Virus record (IMG/VR): IMGVR_UViG_3300032046_000001
Location: 248,001 to 312,000 of that record
Strand: one strand, 5' to 3'
Length of the DNA stretch: 64,000 bases
Of this stretch, positions 27,489-35,612 are shown in pieces. The position numbers and the translations under genes are program-made. The notes under the pieces are model-generated. The model was not told where the DNA came from, did no database searches, and was given only the letters and a program-made list of their open reading frames with translations. How positions within the stretch are numbered: position 1 is the stretch's first letter; every line of letters starts with the position of its first letter.

Positions 27489-28287
27489 ATAATAACTTTA
27501 AAATAATCATCAACTGTTTTAAAATATTCGTGATTGAGTTCTATTCCGATTCCATGACGATTTAACTTCGCAGCAACTTTTAACGTTGTACCACTTCCCA
27601 TAAACGGATCTAAAATATTATCATTGGGTTGTGTAAAAAGTTTTATAAACCATTCAGGAATCCATATTGGAAACACAGCACTATGATTTTTATTATTACA
27701 TTCAGTAGCACCATATAAGACATTAGTTGGATAAACCATATCTCTTTTGATCCAATTAGAGACGTTTTTTCCAAAACCACTTCCAACTTTCGATTGATCT
27801 CTAATTTTATCCGTTTCACTTAAATTTTTTAATCTTGATTGTGACCAATCACCAATTGGAATCATTACATTATCTTGAAACATGTTGAATTTTTTATCTT
27901 TATTGAATTGATAAAGATGTTCCCATGAATCACGAAATCTATTTGGCCATTTTCCAGGAAAACAGTTCTTTTTATGCCAGATGAATTCCTCAGTCCATAA
28001 CCATCCCTGTTTTCTCATAGCCAAAACAAGTTCTATTACATATGTATGTCTTTCTCCTCCAACTGCACACTCTTTTATATTTAAAATAAACGTACCTGTC
28101 GGTTTCAAGACTCTTAAAAGTTCTTGTGATATTGGAATAAACCATTCTATATATTTATCTGGATGTACACCACCGTATGTATTTTTCTCTGATTCGCATA
28201 TGGTGGAGATGTTAATATTAAGTCTATTGAATTACTATCTATTTCTTTTAATTTATCTGAACAATCACCAAGTAATAAACGTATCAA
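27485..28287 (-). CDS. N4-cytosine/N6-adenine DNA methyltransferase (beta class), one-base frameshift at 28182-28186
   Basis: Upstream frame has TTG start, LGDC, IDLILTSPPY; downstream frame has IWHK, HSAVFP, ILDPFMGSGTT; span of 803 nt is one base short of in-frame. Confidence 0.9.
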
Positions 28288-28303
28288 AACTTTTACACCT
28301 CAA

Positions 28304-31087
28304 TTATTTTATTTTCTCTCCAAGTAGGATCTTATCTATTATTCCTGAATATTGACCAACTTCAAAAAGACCTTTTATGATACTTCTTTTTGGATCTGAA
28401 AAACCAAGACTTAGAATCCATGATTCGAATGCCGGAACTTGTTGTATACTATGCCATTCTGGTTTAACATTCTCTCTATTTTCAACCAATCTCCATTTTG
28501 TATAACCACTCCACATTAATTGACTAATGACAGCTTCAATATGAATATGATGAATCTTTCCATTATTATTATAAATTTTGAATAATTTTTCTGCCATTTC
28601 ACCAGGAATTTGATTATCACTAAAATGATGAAAAGCATCACAAGCAACCGAAAGATCAGCAACAATATCATCTTGTTTTAAATCACCATCAGATTTTGCA
28701 CCTCTAATATTTGCAACACCTGACGTATGAAATGTTCTTAGAATCAATTGAGTAGACCGTTCACCTAATGTTTGTGCTGCAATAATACCAATATATTTAC
28801 TATTTAAAATCTTGTAAAGATTACCATAACATTTGTGACAAATTTTATTACTTCTACAATATATCGGTGATCTCAAAAGAATGATTTTACCAATTAGATT
28901 CTTATAATTTTCTTTTGTAATTTCAACATATTCATTATTATCATTTAAATAATAACGATATAATAACATCTCGGCTTTTTGTACAGAATCGACATTGATA
29001 GTTAAGTGATCTCTTGTTCCACAATCTTCTAAATCAAGATCCTTTTGAAGATTAACACAAGAAAAATTTAATTTTCTTGAAAGATAGCCAGATTCCCCTG
29101 TATTTAAAGCAACATCTAATAATCCTTTTCTACATCCGTATGTTGATATAAAAAATTCTTCAGGTGTTAAACCATCTAATAAACTCGATTTAACTGGTGT
29201 TGGTATAATCTCACCTTTAAAGTTCGAAATAAAACCTCTTGATAGAATAATTTGTCTTGCTTGATCCCATGTTCCTCTAGATCCAGAACTAATCATATAA
29301 GAATAGTTAAAATTTTCTTTCAAAAAGTTTTCTGTTTCCAGACTGGAAATTTTATTTAACTGGGTTACGATATTATCAGATTCATATAATTCTTTCTTAA
29401 GCGAATCATCTTTTAATTCGAATGAATCCAATGACATTGTTGGACCAAATAAGGTAGCGTATTTAAAACCGCAATTTTTAATCTGATCTAAAATTTCAGC
29501 TAGGATCGTGTAGTCATATTTTGATTTAATATCTTCTAAAATATTTAATAGTTCTTTCTTTGATATTATCTTATCAATTATAGGATAATCATTCGGTAAA
29601 CAATCATTGAATATTTTTCTACTTTCTGTAATTTTTTGACCTTTACAAACGACCATCTTTTTCAATTTTGGAAATTGATTTGAAGTTAATGCGTATATAC
29701 CAAGAATCATATCTTGAGAATGAGTAGTTGTTAATAATCCATTTGCGGGATTACTCAAATTTTTAGTTATTAAAAATTTATCATAGACTTCTTGTTTTGA
29801 TTCTTCTGATATAGGCACATATACAGCCATCTGATCACCATCAAAATCTGCATTAAAACAACCACAAACTAACGGGTGAATCTTGATTGTATTATTCCCA
29901 TGAATTCGATATACTGTTTCATTATTATCATCTTTCTTTTCGAAAATGACAGAATTATTATTATCTAATTTTATTTTGAAACCTAACATACCCAATCTGT
30001 GAAGAGAAGGTTGTCGATTAATAATACACACTTGAGGATGTTGTTCAAAATATTCTTTGACAAATTCGAATAAATAATATGATTTTGTAAGAATCGTCTG
30101 ATCTAATATTTGAATCGCACTATTAAGAAATTTAACTATTCCGCGATATGTCATTTCTTTTGCGATGTCAATTTTAAATAATTCAAGAATCATACTATAA
30201 GGTAAAATACACTCATCTAATTTCAACATTGGATCTGGTGTGATCACAGCCCTACCTGAAAAATCAATTCTCTTACCTAATATATGTCCTCTGATTAAAC
30301 CATCTTTTTCTGACATTGACGATAAAATATAACCATATAGTTCATTCACATCTTTTTGAAGTTGATGATAATATTGATAATATATTTTTTTATCATTCGC
30401 AATATCATAGTTTGTATTGGCCATAATTTCTTTTTTGGTTAATAACCTGATATAGAATCTATTTATTTTATCTACGATTTGGTTACGATTATTTTTTTCT
30501 GTGATTTTTGATGCAGGACGTAAATCAGCAGGTAAGACAATAACTTCATTAATCAATACGTTATGAATATTGTCATATATATATTTCCATTTTGGATCAT
30601 CCAACTTATATTTTGAAGTTTCATACAATAATTTTATAACAGCTCCCATTTTATCCCATCTTTCAGAATCAGATGGAATATTATTAGGATCATCTGTCAC
30701 TAAATATTTTTCACCTTTTTTATATAATATACTTCTTTCATTTGAAATTAATATATCAACCAGGGATTTAATTTTAGAACCACATAAACTGGAAATCAAA
30801 TCGTAAAAAATTGGATTCATAACTGGTAAAGGAAGTTTGATTTTTGCAAATCTTTTTCTTCTTTCACCACAATTAGTTATTTCCACACCACATATTTTAC
30901 AAACTTCACCTTCACCAGAAAGTCCATAAAAAGTTCCACATTGACATGTATAATTTTTTACTGGACCAAAAATCTGTTCAGAAAATAAACCATCTTCTGT
31001 AAATCTGCCACGATTATTAATTATTTTTGAAGTTTTGATTTCTTTCAAATCTTCACAAAAGTCATGTATATCTAAGAGTTTCGACAT
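28304..31087 (-). CDS. rpoC: Phage multi-subunit RNA polymerase beta' subunit
   Basis: GLFSEQIFGP, CQCG...CKICG, GKRIDFSGRAVI, NRQPSLHR, catalytic NADFDGDQM, GERSTQLILRTFH. Confidence 0.97.
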   Translation of the reverse strand: MSKLLDIHDFCEDLKEIKTSKIINNRGRFTEDGLFSEQIFGPVKNYTCQCGTFYGLSGEGEVCKICGVEITNCGERRKRFAKIKLPLPVMNPIFYDLISSLCGSKIKSLVDILISNERSILYKKGEKYLVTDDPNNIPSDSERWDKMGAVIKLLYETSKYKLDDPKWKYIYDNIHNVLINEVIVLPADLRPASKITEKNNRNQIVDKINRFYIRLLTKKEIMANTNYDIANDKKIYYQYYHQLQKDVNELYGYILSSMSEKDGLIRGHILGKRIDFSGRAVITPDPMLKLDECILPYSMILELFKIDIAKEMTYRGIVKFLNSAIQILDQTILTKSYYLFEFVKEYFEQHPQVCIINRQPSLHRLGMLGFKIKLDNNNSVIFEKKDDNNETVYRIHGNNTIKIHPLVCGCFNADFDGDQMAVYVPISEESKQEVYDKFLITKNLSNPANGLLTTTHSQDMILGIYALTSNQFPKLKKMVVCKGQKITESRKIFNDCLPNDYPIIDKIISKKELLNILEDIKSKYDYTILAEILDQIKNCGFKYATLFGPTMSLDSFELKDDSLKKELYESDNIVTQLNKISSLETENFLKENFNYSYMISSGSRGTWDQARQIILSRGFISNFKGEIIPTPVKSSLLDGLTPEEFFISTYGCRKGLLDVALNTGESGYLSRKLNFSCVNLQKDLDLEDCGTRDHLTINVDSVQKAEMLLYRYYLNDNNEYVEITKENYKNLIGKIILLRSPIYCRSNKICHKCYGNLYKILNSKYIGIIAAQTLGERSTQLILRTFHTSGVANIRGAKSDGDLKQDDIVADLSVACDAFHHFSDNQIPGEMAEKLFKIYNNNGKIHHIHIEAVISQLMWSGYTKWRLVENRENVKPEWHSIQQVPAFESWILSLGFSDPKRSIIKGLFEVGQYSGIIDKILLGEKIK

Positions 31088-31092
31088 TAATT

Positions 31093-31518
31093 TTATATCC
31101 CCAATTTGTGTAAATTAAAAAAATTTGATATTTTACCAATTATTGAGTTCTCTTTTTTCTCTACCTTTTTCATATATTCTTGATGATCATATGGTTCATA
31201 CTCTATATAATTAAATGGAGTGAAATAACAATTATTTAAATTATAAGTTCTGATTAAATTTTCAATTAATTTAATTAAATCATTTGATAATACTTTATAT
31301 TTGACATTAGCTGATAAACAAAATAAATCAGTATATGGATCGGCATTACAATGATCAGCATCTAATTTAATACTAATTAATTTATTTTTGCCATCTGTTA
31401 TTCTAACTGAATATTTATCAATTATATAATTTGGATCTATTTTTGTTATTCTGTAAATTTTATTATTATGAATCATTCTCTCAGGTACAAGTTTTTTTGC
31501 TATTACAAACTGTTTCAT
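31093..31518 (-). CDS. Putative ubiquitin-conjugating E2 (UBC-fold)-like protein
   Basis: HCNADPYTDLFCL resembles the E2 HPN-x7-C active site; LIENLIRTYNLNNCY resembles I..LL..PN.DSP; TAATG-coupled to the upstream ThiF-like gene. Confidence 0.55.
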   Translation of the reverse strand: MKQFVIAKKLVPERMIHNNKIYRITKIDPNYIIDKYSVRITDGKNKLISIKLDADHCNADPYTDLFCLSANVKYKVLSNDLIKLIENLIRTYNLNNCYFTPFNYIEYEPYDHQEYMKKVEKKENSIIGKISNFFNLHKLGI

Positions 31519-32411
31519 TATGCTGCACCAGACTCTGGAAGAAGATTTATAATATAATTATTTTGAGTCTGTGTAATTGAAATGATGTAATAGAGTTCAG
31601 GTTCATTTGAATTATTTATTAGATGTGACATTGTTGAAATGATATCATTAGCTGATTGAATTGAATTTTTGGGAATTTTTCTAATTGGATATTTATTAGA
31701 ATCACCAATTGTTATTAGAACATCTTTATTTCTATTCTCCTGAATTATATCAGTTACATTCTCTTCAAAATTTAATAATTTCTTAGATGCTTCATAATCT
31801 ATAATCATGTTTCTATTATTATATTTTTTCTTGATATCATTGGATACTTCATCTAAATAATCAAGAGATATTTCTTTCACTATTTGATTATCAATCATAT
31901 AATTAATAAAACCACTTTGTAGAAAAGATGTTGCTATCATTGTTGCTTTTCTTAAATCATTTTTTGATAACAGTGTTGTATATCGGCCTTCATAATTCTT
32001 ATCATATGTTATATTTTTTCTACAATCTACAACAAGATATCTGGACGTGATATACAATCTAACATCTATTTTATTTTTGCGATTATAAACAAAATCTCGA
32101 CAATCAATTATTAAATCTGAATATGGGAGTTCCGTAATTTCTTCTTCATATCTAGTTGTTAATATTTCAACATCTATATTACTTTGATCTTTTATGATAT
32201 CATGAAGAACTGTTGTTTTATATTTTCCAACATCACTCTTTCTATATATTGAATTATATGTATTCTTCATTTCAACTCTATCATAATCAACCAAGATTAA
32301 TTTTTGTAAATTATCCAGTTCGGATAATGATTGAGACAAAAAACTACCTATGGTACCAAGACCAATAACTGCTACTGTTTTTATAGAAGATTCCTCCACA
32401 ATTTTTTTCAA
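31518..32411 (-). CDS. ThiF/MoeB (E1-like) adenylation-domain protein 2
   Basis: VAVIGLGTIGS, LVDYDRVEMKN, DVGKYKT, IIDCRD; extra C-terminal domain ending LLPESGAA. Confidence 0.88.
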   Translation of the reverse strand: MKKIVEESSIKTVAVIGLGTIGSFLSQSLSELDNLQKLILVDYDRVEMKNTYNSIYRKSDVGKYKTTVLHDIIKDQSNIDVEILTTRYEEEITELPYSDLIIDCRDFVYNRKNKIDVRLYITSRYLVVDCRKNITYDKNYEGRYTTLLSKNDLRKATMIATSFLQSGFINYMIDNQIVKEISLDYLDEVSNDIKKKYNNRNMIIDYEASKKLLNFEENVTDIIQENRNKDVLITIGDSNKYPIRKIPKNSIQSANDIISTMSHLINNSNEPELYYIISITQTQNNYIINLLPESGAA

Positions 32412-32530
32412 TATCTAAAATTGGTGGGTAATTAAAGTTAAATAAAATATATTTTTAATTTGTTATTTAAATAAATTTTTTATTCCCATAAAAAAATAAA
32501 AAAATAAATTAGGATAATTATAGGATAAGG

Positions 32531-32558
32531 GAAGGGATGGAATTTCTTCCATCCCTTT
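32531..32558 (-). terminator. Hairpin downstream of the Ubl gene (terminator or stabiliser)
   Basis: GAAGGGATGGAA/TTCCATCCCTTT inverted repeat. Confidence 0.65.
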
Positions 32559-32606
32559 TTCCACTTATGTACTACACCCGGTATATCATATTATAATATT
32601 GGGTTA

Positions 32607-33161
32607 TTAACCCTTGCGATCGGCAGGCTTCGTGAACTCCAGGGTCAAATCAGTCGATGTCAAAACGTAGTCGTATGCTACCTCGGTCGTACCGTTGACC
32701 AAAGCTTTGGAACCGGCAGCGATATTGAACGCTCCACTGAGCAAATTGAATACTTCCTGGACTGCATGTCCTACGGTGTCTTCGATCTCCTGTTTGTTGG
32801 TACCGCAGGTAACGACAATCTTGGTGTTGACACAGCCGTCATTGGCATTGGTGACAGTAAACGTACCGGAAACCGCAGCAAGGGCAACCCTGGTAAAATG
32901 GGCAATGAGAAGTTCCACCAAAATAGCCTTGGGTTGTTTTCCCAGACCGGACATACCATTTTCCTCGGCCAGCGTGAGCAGATCGGTAACAGACATTGCA
33001 TTCAATTGTTCCCGGCTAAGAACCTCGGATTTCTCGACCATATCGTTCTCAATTACTTTGGCAATCATCTCGACGGTCTGTCCGTCCAATCCAGTGATCC
33101 CACGTCCAGCAGCGATTTGAAGAAGTTCGGCCTTTGACTTACCATTCAGTGCTTGATTCAT
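32607..33161 (-). CDS. Ubiquitin-like (beta-grasp) modifier with two N-terminal Rho-N/SAP-like repeats and C-terminal Gly
   Basis: Repeats LNGKSKAELLQIAAGRGITGL and LNAMSVTDLLTLAEENGMSGL; C-domain IVVTCG...VGHAV..V...L...FNI..ALVNG...YVL...TLEFTKPADRKG-COOH; lies in an E1/E2/JAB locus. Confidence 0.8.
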   Translation of the reverse strand: MNQALNGKSKAELLQIAAGRGITGLDGQTVEMIAKVIENDMVEKSEVLSREQLNAMSVTDLLTLAEENGMSGLGKQPKAILVELLIAHFTRVALAAVSGTFTVTNANDGCVNTKIVVTCGTNKQEIEDTVGHAVQEVFNLLSGAFNIAAGSKALVNGTTEVAYDYVLTSTDLTLEFTKPADRKG

Positions 33162-33334
33162 AAAAATAATTCTCCTTTTGGAAATAGATTAGGTTCACTA
33201 AGTGAATCCTTTGAGATAAAATACAGCGGCGACATTAATTATTTTTTTCTATCTCCTAAATAATTATAGCACCTCCCTTTGGATTTATCCATGAAGTTAG
33301 AGAGTTAAGACAACTCTCTCTTGATGGATTCTAT

Positions 33335-33601
33335 TTACTGAGTAAATTCCTGAAGCTTTTTCACTTTTCCCTCAATCCAATCAATACGATTCTTGGCATC
33401 CTGTTGACCAGCCTTAGCAGCCGAAATCTGATGATTTAGTTTCTGCACTTTTCGTGTCAAGGATTCAATTCGTTGTTCCTCCATTTGCGATGCCTGTTGA
33501 AGTTTCTTCTCAGCAACTGCAAACATTTTCAATGCGTTACCAAGAACTGTGGGAGCAACATTAATACCAAAATGAGATAATAAAATATAAAACCAGTCCA
33601 T
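33335..33601 (-). CDS. Small coiled-coil protein upstream of the Ubl gene
   Basis: GGAGG RBS; heptad-rich; follows promoter copy 5. Confidence 0.75.
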   Translation of the reverse strand: MDWFYILLSHFGINVAPTVLGNALKMFAVAEKKLQQASQMEEQRIESLTRKVQKLNHQISAAKAGQQDAKNRIDWIEGKVKKLQEFTQ

Positions 33602-33643
33602 TACAGACCTCCTTTACAATATTAAAAAGTACGAATTGTACCT

Positions 33644-33665
33644 TTCACATATTTATTATATATAG
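33644..33665 (-). promoter_or_regulatory. Conserved phage promoter-like motif, copy 5 (variant)
   Basis: CTATATATAATAAATATGTGAA upstream of the coiled-coil/Ubl unit. Confidence 0.6.
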
Positions 33666-33717
33666 ATATAATCGTATATACAAGAATTTAAATATTTGGG
33701 TGCTTTGTATAATTAAA

Positions 33718-34419
33718 CTATACTGGGAACTGTTTGGCTAAAACTTCACCTGTGAGAATATCGAAATCATTCTCACAGGTGGTATCGAGTTGACCAAGGA
33801 TACAGATCTTGTAAAATCGACACAACACAATCCATGCCGCTCCCATGTTTGCGAATAACAATTGTGGTTCTGCTTGATGCAATGCCTCACATCCGAGACG
33901 CTGAGGGTGTTGTCCATCACCAACGGATATCTCTTCATGGTATCTGGTAATTGACGCAGTGTAGTTTTGTCCTGCAATCCGAACGTTTGTCAAAACATCG
34001 CCGGTGTAGAATCCATTACCCCCAGAAATTAAAACTACATTTTGCAGGGTAGCAACTTTTTCTGCAATCAACGCTCTGGTATCATGATTGTCAACACACA
34101 CTAATACAATATCATCTTCTTGGATGATACTACTAATGTTGCTCTCACTGAGATATTCAGGAACCGAATGGATAGTTAAATCATACTTCTGCATGAGTTC
34201 GGTGGCTTTAATCTCGGCTTTATTACCGAAGTTATAAAAATCCTGTCTCTCCCGATTACGCTGCTCGAAGCTATCTCCGTCTACGATAGTTACCTCGAAG
34301 GTGTCAGCCTCTTCGCCTTCTGCTGGTTGCGGATGATAATAATTGAGGAATTGGCACAACGGATCAAGTAATTTAGTACCAATACCACCAGCACCTATAA
34401 CTTTAATCGACCGATTCAT
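33718..34419 (-). CDS. ThiF/E1-like ubiquitin-activating enzyme (PRTRC ThiF-like)
   Basis: VIGAGGIG, VDGDSFEQRNRERQ, NKAE, CVDNHDTR, ISGGN, candidate catalytic Cys in RLGCEA, PQLLFAN. Confidence 0.92.
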   Translation of the reverse strand: MNRSIKVIGAGGIGTKLLDPLCQFLNYYHPQPAEGEEADTFEVTIVDGDSFEQRNRERQDFYNFGNKAEIKATELMQKYDLTIHSVPEYLSESNISSIIQEDDIVLVCVDNHDTRALIAEKVATLQNVVLISGGNGFYTGDVLTNVRIAGQNYTASITRYHEEISVGDGQHPQRLGCEALHQAEPQLLFANMGAAWIVLCRFYKICILGQLDTTCENDFDILTGEVLAKQFPV

Positions 34420-35611
34420 ATGCTGAAATCTCCTCTTTTGTCATAATGATTACTCCTTCAGAGTCAATCATGTTGCCATTAGAATCATATGATAATTCAA
34501 AATCGCGGTTGTTGTTTGGTGTGTGTTCACCATAACATCCCATAGTTGTCAATAATAAGTCATCGACCAATCCACCTTCCATTGCCTGAATAGCAATATT
34601 ACGATAATGACACTTTGGACAGATGGTATAATCAATTAGTGGATAATAATCTGTATCATCACTACCATAACAATCAGGACGGGCAATTGGAGATGTTGGT
34701 GAATATTCAGGAGTTTTAGCAGGACTTGGAAGATACTTCGTTTCCGACGGAACATATGTGTTGTTTGATTGGGAAGAACATTTGATAAGTTTACCACCAA
34801 CGAATTTATATACTACATCGGGTGTATAAACCATGTTCTCATACCATTCTATGGGAACCTCAACAGCATCCATATCAACGTCTAAACTAAAATGAAATTT
34901 AGTTGCAACCGATTGCGCTGTTACATCTGTCATATTATGAGTCGATACTTTAGATGCGGCATAATCTTCCCATACAGCACCCGAAGACACATACTTGGTT
35001 TCTTCCCGACTTGTGATTGTAACATCAAGATATCTTAATATTTCCTCCTCTTTAAGTTGAAATCTATTGCCGTTAATAACAATCGCTGCCGTGACCGATG
35101 GGGTATCTGTATTTATGTGTCCAAACACAATATGAATACCATCCAACTCACCCTCACTACCTTTGTCGGTACCACTATGAAACGCCGACATTGCACCACC
35201 GTGTGAGTGTAGTGTTCCAACATACATAAAATCTTTCGGTGGACTGGAATTCTTCCAATCCGTTGACGCGCCCGAAATTTTCTGATTGGGAACATCAAAT
35301 AAATAAAACTCGGTATATGGATTATAGAAAATCCGTATACCAGCTTCAGATTTGTACGTTTCATAGATCTGTTTGAAAAACTTAAGACCTTGAGCTAACA
35401 AATCTTTGTGAATCTTCGGTATCTTCATCTCCCCAAACGGTTGTAGTTTGGGGAGATGACTGATTCCATTAACCTTAGTTAAACTTCTCAATAATTGTTG
35501 ATTCTTTAGAACAAAGTTGCCGTTACCGGCAACGATGTATAAAAGATCCTGGTCTTCAGGCAAGACATAATCCTTCGGTAATATAATAACAGGAATTTCA
35601 CCAAATTTCAT
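34403..35611 (-). CDS. JAB/JAMM (MPN+) metallo-isopeptidase, PRTRC protein A-like, with C-terminal extension
   Basis: YIVAGNG.F, KSEAG, VPNQKIS, GTLHSHGGAMSAFHSGTDKGSE, GIHIVFG; start re-placed at MKFGE. Confidence 0.9.
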   Translation of the reverse strand: MKFGEIPVIILPKDYVLPEDQDLLYIVAGNGNFVLKNQQLLRSLTKVNGISHLPKLQPFGEMKIPKIHKDLLAQGLKFFKQIYETYKSEAGIRIFYNPYTEFYLFDVPNQKISGASTDWKNSSPPKDFMYVGTLHSHGGAMSAFHSGTDKGSEGELDGIHIVFGHINTDTPSVTAAIVINGNRFQLKEEEILRYLDVTITSREETKYVSSGAVWEDYAASKVSTHNMTDVTAQSVATKFHFSLDVDMDAVEVPIEWYENMVYTPDVVYKFVGGKLIKCSSQSNNTYVPSETKYLPSPAKTPEYSPTSPIARPDCYGSDDTDYYPLIDYTICPKCHYRNIAIQAMEGGLVDDLLLTTMGCYGEHTPNNNRDFELSYDSNGNMIDSEGVIIMTKEEISAYESVD

Positions 35612-35612
35612 A

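Noticed and set aside
24060-31087. Introns or inteins in the RNAP genes associated with the homing endonucleases
   Set aside because: Both subunits are continuous and compact; the endonuclease genes lie between genes, not inside them.
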